The notes beneath the pieces are model-generated. The model saw only the letters and a program-made list of their open reading frames with translations. It did not search any database and was not told where the DNA came from. A program made the position numbers and the translations under genes. From contig OZ245002.1 of the NCBI GenBank assembly GCA_965223415.1, forward strand, positions 1,472,001-1,536,000: a stretch of DNA of 64,000 nt, read 5' to 3'. Shown piece by piece: positions 32,468 through 42,607 of this stretch; the stretch's first letter is position 1, and every line of letters starts with the position of its first letter. This DNA is from Myxococcota bacterium. Its GTDB lineage: Bacteria > Myxococcota_A > UBA9160 > UBA6930.

Positions 32468-35400
32468 ATGCTGTGCGCGTCGTGCCGTCACGACAACCCG
32501 GCCGGCAACCGGTTCTGTGGACGTTGCGGCAGCCAGATCCAGCCTTCGGACGCGGGGGACGGAGAACGCCGCCAGCTCACCATCATGTTCTGCGATCTGG
32601 TGGGCTCGACGCCACTCTCGCGCCGGATCGATCCCGAGGACTTCTCCGCGGTGGTCGGCGGCTTCCACGAGGTCTGCGGTCGCGTGATCCACGCATCGGA
32701 AGGCCACGTGGCCCAGCTCCTCGGCGACGGCGTCGTCGCCTACTTCGGCTACCCCCGCGCCCACGACGATGACGCCGTCCGGGCCACCGCCGCCGCCCTG
32801 CGAATCACGGAGGAGCTGCCCCGGCTGAATGCGAGGCTGGCCGCCGAGCTGCCCGTGCTTCGGGACGAGCCGCTCGAGATGCGCATCGGGATCCATTCGG
32901 GGCCGGTCGTGCTCAGCGACACCGGGGGTGGCGGCCATCGCCAGCGCCTGGCGCTCGGCGACACCGCGAACCTCACGGCGCGGCTCCAATCCCGGGCGAG
33001 CCCCGGCACGGTCGTCATCAGCGAGGCCACCCGCCGCCTCCTCGGCCCCCTCTTCGAGACCGAAGACCTCGGCGCCGCCGAGCTCAAGGGCGTCTCCGAG
33101 CCGCAGCACCTCCATCGGGTGATCGCGGCCCGCGGCACCGCCACCCGGCTGGAGCTGGCCGCCGCCGAGGGGCTGACGCCGATCGCGGGTCGGGAGCAGG
33201 AGCTGTCGCTCCTGCTCGACCGCTGGGAGCTGGTCCAGGCGCCGGACGAAACGGTCGGAGGGCGGGGCCAGTCGGCCCTGTTGGTGGGCGAGGCGGGCAT
33301 CGGGAAATCGCGCCTGCTCTTCGAGCTGCGAGCCCGCCTCGGCGAGAAGGTGCCGGTGTGGCTCGAGGGCCGCTGCTCCCCGTACGACCAGAACAGCGCC
33401 TTCCAGCCCATCCTCCGGATCCTGGAGAGCGTGCTGCGCTTCGAGCCGGACGAGCCGCCCGAGGCGCGGCTCGCGAGGCTCGAGGAGGCAGTGGCGCAGG
33501 CGCCCCTGCGCGGGCAGCCGGCCGACGACGCCCTGGCGTTGCTGGCCTCGCGCCTCGCGCTCCCCCTGGAGGAGGGCCGGACGATCCCGCTGGCACCGGA
33601 GGCCCAGCGACAGCGAACGCTGGAGGTGCTGCTCGACTGGATGCTCGGTCTGGCGGACCGGGCGCCGCTCGTAGTCGTCGTGGAAGACGTTCACTGGGCC
33701 GATCCTTCCACGATCGAGCTGCTGACGGGCCTGCTCGACGCCGCGCCCAACGAGCGGGTGCTGCTCCTTCTGACCGCCCGGCCCGACTTCTCCTCGCCGT
33801 GGGGCGGACGCTCCGACCTCACGCGCCTTCCCCTCCATCCGCTGAACCGGCGACAGGTGGGCGAAATGGTCGTCAGCATCGCCCGGGGCGAGGTGCCTGC
33901 CGAGGTGCTCCAGCACGTCGCCGCCAAGACCGACGGCGTGCCGCTCTTCGTGGAGGAGCTGACCAAGGCCCTCATCGAGTCGGACCTCCTCATCCGCGTG
34001 CCCGGCAAGGCCGGCTACGAGCTGCGGGGGCGTCTGCGCGATCTGGCCATCCCCGGAACGCTTCAGGATTCGCTGATGGCGCGGCTCGATCGGCTCGGCC
34101 CGGGGCGCCGCGTCGCCCAGGTGGCTTCCGTGATCGGCCGCGAGTTCTCCCAGGAGCTGCTCGGGGCGGTCATGCCGCGGACCAGCGTCGGGGACCTCCA
34201 GGGCGCACTCGAGCAGCTCACCCGTGCGGGCCTCGTCCGCCGAAGGGGGGCGCCACCGCGGGCGGTCTACACCTTTCGCCACGCGATGACCCAGGAGACC
34301 GCACACCAGTCCCTGCTCCGCGCGCGCCGCCGGGAGATCCACCGGCGCGTGGCACGAGCGCTCGAGGAGCGCTTCCAGGAGCGGGTGGAAGCGCAGCCCG
34401 AGGAGCTCGCGCGTCACTGGCGAGAGGCGGGCGACGCGGAGCGCGCCGCCGGCCAGTACCTGCGAGCCGGCGATCGCGCGACGGCCCGGGGCGAGAACGC
34501 GGAGGCGATCGGCCACCTTCGGCAGGGAATCGAGCTGCTCGACGAGCTGGAGACGGGGCCGGTGCGGGACGAGCTCGAGCTGGAGCTCCAGGTGGCGCTG
34601 GGCGGGCCCCTGCTCGGCGCGAAGGGCCAGAGCCATCCCGAGGTGGAGGCCGCCTACGGCCGCGCCCTCGAGCTGTGCGATCAGGTGGGGGGCAGCCACC
34701 GCCCGCCGAGGTTCCGCGCGCTCTGGGGTCTGGCGCGCTTCTACCAGAGCCAGGGCCGCCTGGACGTCGCGACGGAGCTGGGCGAGCAGCTCCTCGTGCG
34801 GGCCGAGCAGGCCGGCGATCTCCTGGTGCTGCCCTGGGCGCACCTCGGGCTCGGGCTGACCTCGTTCTGGCAGGGCGCTCCGGCTCGGGCCGCCGCCCAG
34901 CTCGAGCGCGCCATCTCGCACCACGACGCCTCGGTGCACCGCCCCACGGCTGCCTCCTACGGACAGGACCTGGACGTGACGACCCACGCCTTCCTGGGCC
35001 TGGCGTGGTGGGTGGCCGGGCACCCCGATCGCGCGCGGGCCGCGGCCGAGCGCGCGGTGGCCCTCGGCCCCGAGGGCGCGATCCCCCTCAGCCATGCCTA
35101 CGCCCTGGACTACGCCTCGGCGGTGTTCGGCCTGCTGGGCGATACCGATCGCCATCGGGCCTATGGCGAGGAGGCCGTGGCGATCGCCAGCGAGCGCGGG
35201 CTCCCGCTCTGGCTGGCCTTCGGTCGGGTGATGGTCGCGTGGGCCGAGAGCGTCGCCAGGCCCGGCCGAGCCGCGGTCGACGGGTTCCGCGGCGCGCTGG
35301 GCGGAATGTCCGGGACCGGCACCGTGCTCGGCGCGCCCTTCCTCCTGGGCATGTTCGCCCAGGCCCAGGCCGCGGCAGGCGATCCCGGCGCCGCCATGGC

Positions 35401-35770
35401 GACGCTGGAGGCGGCGCTCGACGCCGGCCGTCGCCAGCAGAGCCCGTTCTGGGACGCCGAGCTGCTGCGCCTCCAGGGCAAGTTCCGTGTGGCCCGTGCG
35501 GAGATGCTAGGCGAGGCCGCCGGGGAAGAAGCCGAGCGCTGCTTTCACGACGCCCTCGACATCGCCCGCAAGCAGGCCGCCGGAGGGCTCGAGCTGCGCG
35601 CCGCCACGAGCCTGGCGCGCCGGCTCGCGGCCGACGGGCGCCGCGCGGAGGCGAAGGCGCTCCTCGATCCGCTCTGCCCTCGGCCCGAACCCGGCCGCCC
35701 CGCCCCGTCGCAGGACCTGCAGGAGGCCCAGGCGTTGTTGGAGCAGCTCGGCGATGAGGCGGGCGGCTAG
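32468..35770 (+). CDS. Zn-ribbon + class III adenylate/guanylate cyclase + AAA (STAND) ATPase + TPR protein
   Basis: CxxC..FCGRCG, ERRQLTIMFCDLVGST, GDG, GEAGIGKS, EDVHWAD, GVPLFVEEL, ELRAATSLAR. Confidence 0.92.
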   Translation: MLCASCRHDNPAGNRFCGRCGSQIQPSDAGDGERRQLTIMFCDLVGSTPLSRRIDPEDFSAVVGGFHEVCGRVIHASEGHVAQLLGDGVVAYFGYPRAHDDDAVRATAAALRITEELPRLNARLAAELPVLRDEPLEMRIGIHSGPVVLSDTGGGGHRQRLALGDTANLTARLQSRASPGTVVISEATRRLLGPLFETEDLGAAELKGVSEPQHLHRVIAARGTATRLELAAAEGLTPIAGREQELSLLLDRWELVQAPDETVGGRGQSALLVGEAGIGKSRLLFELRARLGEKVPVWLEGRCSPYDQNSAFQPILRILESVLRFEPDEPPEARLARLEEAVAQAPLRGQPADDALALLASRLALPLEEGRTIPLAPEAQRQRTLEVLLDWMLGLADRAPLVVVVEDVHWADPSTIELLTGLLDAAPNERVLLLLTARPDFSSPWGGRSDLTRLPLHPLNRRQVGEMVVSIARGEVPAEVLQHVAAKTDGVPLFVEELTKALIESDLLIRVPGKAGYELRGRLRDLAIPGTLQDSLMARLDRLGPGRRVAQVASVIGREFSQELLGAVMPRTSVGDLQGALEQLTRAGLVRRRGAPPRAVYTFRHAMTQETAHQSLLRARRREIHRRVARALEERFQERVEAQPEELARHWREAGDAERAAGQYLRAGDRATARGENAEAIGHLRQGIELLDELETGPVRDELELELQVALGGPLLGAKGQSHPEVEAAYGRALELCDQVGGSHRPPRFRALWGLARFYQSQGRLDVATELGEQLLVRAEQAGDLLVLPWAHLGLGLTSFWQGAPARAAAQLERAISHHDASVHRPTAASYGQDLDVTTHAFLGLAWWVAGHPDRARAAAERAVALGPEGAIPLSHAYALDYASAVFGLLGDTDRHRAYGEEAVAIASERGLPLWLAFGRVMVAWAESVARPGRAAVDGFRGALGGMSGTGTVLGAPFLLGMFAQAQAAAGDPGAAMATLEAALDAGRRQQSPFWDAELLRLQGKFRVARAEMLGEAAGEEAERCFHDALDIARKQAAGGLELRAATSLARRLAADGRRAEAKALLDPLCPRPEPGRPAPSQDLQEAQALLEQLGDEAGG

Positions 35771-36723
35771 GCGCTGGGGGCGCCTTCGCCCGGGCGCGTT
35801 CCGTCGAGAGCGCCGGCGCCGGACGGCGGGCCGGGCGGACGACAACCTCCGCGGCCGTCGGAGATCTCCTCGCAGAGCATCGTCGCGAGCTGCGCCAGGG
35901 CCGGCGGGAGCATGTGCTGATCCTGCTTCGGGTGGTCGTCGACCGCCGCGTGGACGTTCAGGGTCCAATAGGCGTCAGCCCGGTCTCCCAGGGCGCGGCG
36001 ACTGCCCCATTTCAGGAAGGCGAGCAGGAGCGGCGCGCCGTGGTCGGCGCTGAGCTTCGTCATGCCATCGACTTCGCGGGCGAACACGGCCGCCCGCTCC
36101 GCCGAGTGCCGACGCCGGAGGCGCTCCTCCTTGCCCGTCGTGAAGTGGCCCAGAAGCCGCAGGCGGGCGAGCAGGTGGGAGCCCGCGACCACCGGAGAGA
36201 TCCGGACCGGGTCGTCGAAGTCGTTCTTGTGGACCAGGTAGACGACGAGGTCCGGTGCCAGCTCGGGCAGGGTGCGGCGCATGTGGTTCGCGATGTCGAC
36301 GACGTTGTAGCCGGGCACGCCGAGGTTGATCACCTCGACCGCCGGATCGAGGCGTTCCATCTGGTGCTGGAAGGTGTCCGCCAGGTCGACGGACCAGCCG
36401 AAGGTCTCGCTGTCGCCGTAGGTGGCCACCCGAAAGCGGTCGCCACGCGCACCGACCGGGCGCGTCCCCCGGAATCCCTGCTCGTTCACCTGCCAGGTCA
36501 CCGGCCGAGTGAGGCGGGAGTAGAGGCCGGCGAAGCGCACGGTCGCGCCGGGGCGAAGGCGGTAGCCCGTCACCGGATCGGTCAGCAGGAGATCGCGCAA
36601 CGCATCGAAGTCCGGGGGAACGTGGCGCACGACGGCCTCGGCCACGCCGAGGGCCAGGACCAGGGAGATCAGCATCGTGGCGAGCCGGCCCGCCCAGCGG
36701 CGCCATCCGGAGGGAACGGTCAT
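35767..36723 (-). CDS. SGNH/GDSL hydrolase, membrane anchored
   Basis: N-terminal TM; GDSETFG, NLGVPGY, ND, DQH. Confidence 0.85.
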   Translation of the reverse strand: MTVPSGWRRWAGRLATMLISLVLALGVAEAVVRHVPPDFDALRDLLLTDPVTGYRLRPGATVRFAGLYSRLTRPVTWQVNEQGFRGTRPVGARGDRFRVATYGDSETFGWSVDLADTFQHQMERLDPAVEVINLGVPGYNVVDIANHMRRTLPELAPDLVVYLVHKNDFDDPVRISPVVAGSHLLARLRLLGHFTTGKEERLRRRHSAERAAVFAREVDGMTKLSADHGAPLLLAFLKWGSRRALGDRADAYWTLNVHAAVDDHPKQDQHMLPPALAQLATMLCEEISDGRGGCRPPGPPSGAGALDGTRPGEGAPSA

Positions 36724-36819
36724 CCAGGGCCTTATACCTCACGTTTCCCGGATCGCCCGATCCGTTTGCGGGTGGTGGGCGGACCGCCATCCGAGCCAAC
36801 ATACACCCGGAGGAACCGC

Positions 36820-38034
36820 ATGCTTGCCAGACGTCGCCGTCGTGGAGGGGCGCTCGTCGTCGCTCTCCTGCTGGTCCTCGCCTGCGGGCGGTCCGATCCC
36901 GCGCCGGCTCCGGGGAAGGGCGAGGTCGGTCTCACGCCGAAGCCGACGCCGGGCCCGACCCCGGGCGCCTGCGAGTCCGTCGTCCGCTGCGAGGGGCTGC
37001 TCTGCGACGACCGGAACTACCGACGGCTGGTCGAGCTGCTGGAGCGCGCCTTCTCGGCCGCGGGACAGGCGGACGTCCTGATCCTCTCCGGAGGCGGCTC
37101 GAAGGGCGCCTGGGGTGCCGGGGTGCTCAACGGATGGTCGACCCTCACGAGCGGTATGACCCGGCCCACCTTCGAAGTCGTGACCGGCGTGAGCACGGGG
37201 GCGGTACAGGCCACCTTCGCCTTCCTGGGCAAGAGCAAGGACCAGGACCTCGAGATCGGCTACACGACCACGACCAACAGCGACGTGTACGGCCCTCCCT
37301 ACCCCCTGCCGGTCTTCCCGCGCAACCTCGAGGGTCTGCGCCAGACCCTCAAGTCTTACATCCCGGACAGCATGATCGACGAGGTCGGCCAGGTGGCATC
37401 CTCGACCCAGCGGAAGCTCTTCGTCGGCACGGTCAACCTGGAATCCGCGGAGTTCGTCTCCTGGGACATGACCTGCCTCGCCAAGGCGAAGCAATACGAT
37501 CTCTACCGGAACGTGATCCTGGCTTCGTCGGCGAACCCGGCGGGGTTGTGGCCCATCGACGTGATGGGCCAGATGCACGTCGACGGCGGGGTCCGCTACC
37601 GGATCTACGTGGAGACGGTGATGCAGGCCTCCGGTGAGGCCGCGGACATGGTCCCGGCGGCCGCAGGGAAGAAGCGACTCTTCTACATCATCAACGGCAA
37701 GCTGAAGCAGAAGGGGCCGGCGAAGGTGTCGAGCTGGAATCCGCTCAGCATCGTCGAGCGCAGCCTCGACATCGCCTTGCGCGAGTCGATCTTCGGCAGC
37801 CTCTACGCGTCGTGGCACCTGCTGAACAGCGGCTCGGACAAGTGGAAGTTCTACGGCTCCGCGATCCCGAACGACCAATCCGACGTCCCGGACGCCGACG
37901 ACTACGACACGGTGAAGATGACCAAACTTCTCGAAGCGGGTGAAAACTGGGCCAAGACCCAACCCTGGGCCGAGGGAATCCCGAAGTTGACTCCAATGCA
38001 ATGGGGCTGCGACCTGACGGAGGCCAAGCCATGA
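36820..38034 (+). CDS. Patatin-like phospholipase, lipoprotein (paralog 1)
   Basis: GGAGG SD, lipobox VLAC, SGGGSKGAWGAG, GVSTG, HVDGG. Confidence 0.88.
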   Translation: MLARRRRRGGALVVALLLVLACGRSDPAPAPGKGEVGLTPKPTPGPTPGACESVVRCEGLLCDDRNYRRLVELLERAFSAAGQADVLILSGGGSKGAWGAGVLNGWSTLTSGMTRPTFEVVTGVSTGAVQATFAFLGKSKDQDLEIGYTTTTNSDVYGPPYPLPVFPRNLEGLRQTLKSYIPDSMIDEVGQVASSTQRKLFVGTVNLESAEFVSWDMTCLAKAKQYDLYRNVILASSANPAGLWPIDVMGQMHVDGGVRYRIYVETVMQASGEAADMVPAAAGKKRLFYIINGKLKQKGPAKVSSWNPLSIVERSLDIALRESIFGSLYASWHLLNSGSDKWKFYGSAIPNDQSDVPDADDYDTVKMTKLLEAGENWAKTQPWAEGIPKLTPMQWGCDLTEAKP

Positions 38035-39179
38035 CACGCTTTCTGACCCTGCTCGTCCTGGGGCTCGCCGTGGCGGCGCCCGCCGCGGCCCATCCCTGCC
38101 AACACGAATTCCGATGCCTGGGGCCCTCGTGCCGGGACGACGAGTACAAGGCGCTCGTCCGCCTGCTGATGAACAACTTCGTCTCGCAGGGCACCGCGAA
38201 CCTGCTCTTCCTCTCCGGCGGCGGCGCCAAGGGGGCCTGGGGAGCCGGCGTGCTGGACGGGTGGCGGGATCCCGCGCAGGGCGCCGCGATGCCGACCTTC
38301 GACGTCGTGACCGGCGTCAGCACCGGGGCCGTCCAATCGACCTATGCGTTCCTCGGGACCGACGAAGCCTACGAGCTGATGAAGGAGGGCTACACGACCA
38401 TCGAACGCGGCGACGTGTTCGGCTTTCCCTATCCCCTGCCCTGGATCCCGCACAACCTGAACGGGCTTCGCAAGACCCTCGAGAAGAAGTTCCTGAAGGA
38501 CGAGCTGATCCGTCAGGTGGGAGATCTCGACGGGGAGCGGGCGCTCTTCGTCGGGACCGTGAACCTCGATACGACGCAGTTCGTCTCGTGGAACATGACC
38601 TGCATCGCCGCGGCGGGGGACTTCGACCTCTACCGCAAGGTGATCCTCGCCTCCTCGGCGAACCCGATCGGCCTCAAGCCGATCAAGATCGGCGGAGATC
38701 CCCACGTGGATGGCGGCGTGCGCTACCGCATCTACGCCGAGACGGTCTACCAGGCCGCCGGCGAGGCGGCGGAACGTGCCAGCCGCGAGACGCAGGTCGA
38801 CAAGCGCGTCGTCTACGTCGTGAACGGCAAGCTCCGGCAGAAGGGAGCGAAGGAGACCTCCACCTGGTTCCATCCTATCGTCTGGAAGCGCAGCCTCGAC
38901 ATCAGCTTCCGGGAGGGCCTGTTCGGGAGTCTGTACGCGATCTTCCGGGTGCTCCATGCCACCGGCGAGGAGTGGACCTACCAGGGCACGTCGGTTCCGG
39001 ACGATCTGAAGCACCCGGACGATCAGGACGTCGAGCTCGACGTGCCGAAGGCCGACGAGTACGAGCCCGACAAGATGGAGCCCCTCTACCGTGCCGGCGT
39101 CCTCTGGGGCCAGCAGAACGATCTCTGGCACGACTCGATCCCCGACGTCGACGTCGACCGATGGGCGTGTGAGGAATGA
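38031..39179 (+). CDS. Patatin-like phospholipase, secreted (paralog 2)
   Basis: Signal peptide, SGGGAKGAWGAG, GVSTG, HVDGG; ATGA overlap with paralog 1. Confidence 0.88.
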   Translation: MTRFLTLLVLGLAVAAPAAAHPCQHEFRCLGPSCRDDEYKALVRLLMNNFVSQGTANLLFLSGGGAKGAWGAGVLDGWRDPAQGAAMPTFDVVTGVSTGAVQSTYAFLGTDEAYELMKEGYTTIERGDVFGFPYPLPWIPHNLNGLRKTLEKKFLKDELIRQVGDLDGERALFVGTVNLDTTQFVSWNMTCIAAAGDFDLYRKVILASSANPIGLKPIKIGGDPHVDGGVRYRIYAETVYQAAGEAAERASRETQVDKRVVYVVNGKLRQKGAKETSTWFHPIVWKRSLDISFREGLFGSLYAIFRVLHATGEEWTYQGTSVPDDLKHPDDQDVELDVPKADEYEPDKMEPLYRAGVLWGQQNDLWHDSIPDVDVDRWACEE

Positions 39180-39220
39180 AGAAGCGGGGCCAGAGCTCAG
39201 CTCTGGCCCCGCTTCTTCAT
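39176..39220. repeat. Perfect palindrome with 22-bp arms (REP/MITE-like family, copy 1)
   Basis: ATGAAGAAGCGGGGCCAGAGCT-C-AGCTCTGGCCCCGCTTCTTCAT. Confidence 0.9.
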
Positions 39221-40039
39221 CTGGACGGCTTGCTGGACGTCGCCCGCGGCCGCAGCGAGGAGCTTCCGGGCGGTGGCTTCGTCGACCTCGGCGAGGGTCG
39301 CGACGATGCGGACCGCGCGCTGCTGGAGCTTGCGCGAGGCCGGGTTCAGGTTCGTCATCAGGTTGCCCTCGACGCGGCCGAGCCGGACCATGACCGTGGT
39401 CGAGAGCAGGTGCAGCACCATCTTCTGGGCGAGGCCACCCTTCATGCGGGTGGAGCCGGCGATCACTTCCGGACCGACCACGGGAGCGATCGCCACCTCC
39501 GCGGCCTGGGCCAGGGGCGAGCCTGGATCGCAGGTGATGGCGATGCGCCGGGCCCCGGCAGCTCTCGCGGCCTCGAGCCCGCCCAGGGCGAAGGGCGTGC
39601 GACCGCTCGCCGAGAGCGCGACCACCGCGTCGCCGGGCATGAGCCCGCGCTCGGCGAGCGTGCGTCGCGCGTCGTCGGCCACGTCCTCCGCGCCTTCGAC
39701 CGCGCGCTCGAGGGCCGAGGCCCCCCCCGCCATCACTCCCTGCACCCGGTCGGCCGGGTAGCCGAAGGTGGGCGGGATCTCCGACGCGTCGAGGACGCCG
39801 ATCCGCCCGCTGGTTCCGGCGCCGACGTTGAACCAACGCCCGCCACCCGTGAGGGAAAGCGCGAGGGCGTCGACCGCCCGCTCGATCTCGTCCAGCACCC
39901 GGCCCACCGCGCGAACCGCATGCAGGTCCTGGCGATGGATCGCCTCCAGCACCTCCCGGGTGCTTCGCCGGTCGAGGTCGCGGGTCTCCTCGAGGACCTT
40001 CTCGGTGAGGAGCTCGTCCGAAGGCGAAGGGCGGGCCAT
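39197..40039 (-). CDS. murQ: N-acetylmuramic acid 6-phosphate etherase
   Basis: GAGTSGRIGVLDASE, EGAED, GPEVIAGSTRMK, GNLM. Confidence 0.93.
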   Translation of the reverse strand: MARPSPSDELLTEKVLEETRDLDRRSTREVLEAIHRQDLHAVRAVGRVLDEIERAVDALALSLTGGGRWFNVGAGTSGRIGVLDASEIPPTFGYPADRVQGVMAGGASALERAVEGAEDVADDARRTLAERGLMPGDAVVALSASGRTPFALGGLEAARAAGARRIAITCDPGSPLAQAAEVAIAPVVGPEVIAGSTRMKGGLAQKMVLHLLSTTVMVRLGRVEGNLMTNLNPASRKLQQRAVRIVATLAEVDEATARKLLAAAAGDVQQAVQMKKRGQS

Positions 40040-40088
40040 GGTGGGGCGTTTCGGCAGGACCACCGGGCGGACTGAGTAGACTCCCACC

Positions 40089-42464
40089 GTGAGCTTCCAC
40101 GTCGCGGCCAGGACCCTGGAGCGCCTCGAGTGGGCGGAGCTGCTGGCGCGCCTGGCCCACCACCTGCGCACACCCCAGGCCCGGCGCCGGCTCGAGGAGG
40201 AGCCGGACTCGATCTTCGAGCCCAGCGCCGCCAGCGCCGTGGCGCGCCTGGCCGAGACCGCCGAGGCCCTGGCCCTCCTCGAGGAGGGCGACGTCCCTCC
40301 CCTCGGCGGCGCCGCGCCGCTCGGGCCCCTCCTCGGGCGCCTCGCCCGCGGCGGCGTGCTCCAGGGCGAGGAGCTCCTGGCCCTGGGCGCGACCCTGGAC
40401 ACGACCCACCAGACCGCGCGCTTCCTGGCCCAGCGCGCCGAGCCCGCCCCTGGACTGGCGGCCCTCGCGGAGCTCCTCGTCCCCTGGGAGGCCCTCGCCG
40501 AGGAGATCGACGACGCCCTGGAGGCCGACGGCCAGGTGCGCGACGCCGCCTCGGCGGAGCTGGCCGCCGCGCGCCGGGAGGTGCGCGAGATCTCCGGCAG
40601 CGCCCAGGAGAAGATCGAGCGCATGCTGCGCCGGCCGGAGCTCCGCGCCGAACTCCAGGACACCTACTTCACCGTGCGAGGCGACCGCTTCGTCCTGCCC
40701 GTGAAGGCGGAGGCGCGCTCCCGGGTGCCGGGCATCGTCCACGACGCCTCGTCGAGCGGCACGACGATCTTCATCGAGCCCCAGGCGCTGGTGGACCTGA
40801 ACAGCCGGCTCAAGCAGGCGGAGCTCACGGTCGCCCGGGAGACGCGCCGCGTGCTCCAGCAGCTCTCGCTCTCCGCGGCCGCCGCCTGCGACGACGTGGC
40901 CGCGAACCTCGAGGTACTGGCGCAGATCGATCTGGCCTTCGCCCGCGCGCGGCTCGCCCAGGAGCAGCGGGCGGTGGCGCCGACCCTCGACCGGGAGGGC
41001 CGTTTCGACCTCCCCCAGCTTCGCCACCCGCTCCTGGCCGACGACGAGGCGGTGCCCAACGACGTGCGGGTGGGCGGCTCCTACCGGGTGCTCGTGATCT
41101 CCGGCCCGAACGCCGGCGGCAAGACGGTGACGATGAAGGCGGTGGCCCTGGCCGCCCTGCTCGCCCGGGCGGGAATGTTCGTGCCCGCCGATCCAGGCGC
41201 GCGGGTCGCCGCCGTGGACCAGGTGCTGGCCGACATCGGCGACGAGCAGGACATCCGCCAGAGCCTCTCCACCTTCTCGGCCCACGTGGCGAACCTGGCG
41301 ACGATCGTGGCGGAGGCGGGCCCGGACAGCCTGGTCGTGCTCGACGAGATCGGCGTTGGAACGGATCCGGGGGAAGGAGCGGCCCTCGCCCAGGCGGTCC
41401 TCGAGCGGCTCGCCGACGCGGGCGCCCGCGTCGTCACCACCACCCACTACAACCTGCTGAAGGAGATGGCGGACGTCGACGACCGCTTCGAGAACGCCTG
41501 CGTCGAGTTCGACGAGGAGACCCTCGCCCCCACCTATCGCCTCAAGCTCGGCACGCCGGGCAGCTCGTCGGCCACCGCCGTGGCCTCGCGCATGGGCATG
41601 CCGAACGAGGTGCTCGAACGGGCCAACCGGCTCCTCGACCGGGAGGACCGGCAGCTCGACAAGATGCTCGCCGAGCTCTCGAACCACCGGGCCGCCCTCG
41701 AGCGCGAGCGCGCCGAGGCAGAGCGGCTGCGCGCCGAGGGAGAGAGCGCGCGCGCGAGCTATCGCGAGAAGCTCGAGAGGCTCCAGGAGCGCCGCGACCG
41801 GCTCTTCGACTCCATGCGCGGCGAGCTCGACGACGCCTTCCGTCACGCCCACGCGGAAGTGGCGGGCGTGATCCGCGACCTGCAACGCAAGGGCTCCGCC
41901 CAAGAGGCGGCCCGCGCGCGGCAGCGACTGCTCGACCTCGAGGAGAAGGCGCGGGAGAAGGAGGGAAGGCAACGCGACCGCACCCCGGCGGCGCCGCGCC
42001 CCCGCATGGATTGGAGCCGCGCCCGCCCCGGCGACGCGGTGCAGCTTCCGGGCGGCCGGGCCGGCACGCTCCAGAGCCTGCCGGACCGGCGCGGGCGCGT
42101 GGCGGTGCAGGCCGGCAGCGCACGGCTCACCCTGCGCGCCGACCAGGTGGAGCCGGCGGCCGCCGGCGCCGTCCCGAAGGCCCGGGGGCCGCGGGTCCAG
42201 GCCGACCCGCCGGCGCCCGGCGCCGCCGCGCGGCTCGACGTGCGGGGCCTGCGAGTGGACGACGCGCTCAGCCGCGTCGAGAAGGCCCTCGACGATGCGG
42301 CGCGCCGGGGCGCGCCGGCCCTCGAGATCGTCCACGGGATCGGCACCGGAGCCCTGCGCGGCGCGATCCGCGAGCTCCTCGCGCGGCTCCCCCACGTCGC
42401 CGGTTTCCAGGCCGCCGACCCGGAGGAAGGCGGAGAAGGCGTGACCCGGACGAGCCTCGCCTAG
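40089..42464 (+). CDS. mutS2: Endonuclease / ribosome-splitting ATPase MutS2
   Basis: SGPNAGGKT, QSLSTFSAH, LDEIGVGTDP, TTHY, Smr domain (LDVRG, HGIGTG). Confidence 0.95.
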   Translation: MSFHVAARTLERLEWAELLARLAHHLRTPQARRRLEEEPDSIFEPSAASAVARLAETAEALALLEEGDVPPLGGAAPLGPLLGRLARGGVLQGEELLALGATLDTTHQTARFLAQRAEPAPGLAALAELLVPWEALAEEIDDALEADGQVRDAASAELAAARREVREISGSAQEKIERMLRRPELRAELQDTYFTVRGDRFVLPVKAEARSRVPGIVHDASSSGTTIFIEPQALVDLNSRLKQAELTVARETRRVLQQLSLSAAAACDDVAANLEVLAQIDLAFARARLAQEQRAVAPTLDREGRFDLPQLRHPLLADDEAVPNDVRVGGSYRVLVISGPNAGGKTVTMKAVALAALLARAGMFVPADPGARVAAVDQVLADIGDEQDIRQSLSTFSAHVANLATIVAEAGPDSLVVLDEIGVGTDPGEGAALAQAVLERLADAGARVVTTTHYNLLKEMADVDDRFENACVEFDEETLAPTYRLKLGTPGSSSATAVASRMGMPNEVLERANRLLDREDRQLDKMLAELSNHRAALERERAEAERLRAEGESARASYREKLERLQERRDRLFDSMRGELDDAFRHAHAEVAGVIRDLQRKGSAQEAARARQRLLDLEEKAREKEGRQRDRTPAAPRPRMDWSRARPGDAVQLPGGRAGTLQSLPDRRGRVAVQAGSARLTLRADQVEPAAAGAVPKARGPRVQADPPAPGAAARLDVRGLRVDDALSRVEKALDDAARRGAPALEIVHGIGTGALRGAIRELLARLPHVAGFQAADPEEGGEGVTRTSLA

Positions 42465-42590
42465 GTCATCTACCGACCGGTAGGTAAACGTTTTCCACGG
42501 CAATAGAACGGACGTTCCTCCGGAGCCGGAATTGGATGCCAGGATCCAATTTTTCTTTTTGGAATCCAGCAGTTTCGCGTTTTCTCCCGT

Positions 42591-42607
42591 TCGGCACGAG
42601 GCTTGCT
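42591..42607 (+). promoter_or_regulatory. sigma54 (-24/-12) promoter of the PEP-CTERM gene
   Basis: TCGGCACGAGGCTTGCT (GG-N10-GC), with an AT-rich region upstream. Confidence 0.75.

Noticed and set aside
32468..39179. CBASS/Avs-like defence system (cyclase/STAND + patatin)
   Set aside because: The cyclase is a common class III AAA-TPR type, not a CD-NTase; the patatins have export signals and an opposite-strand gene intervenes
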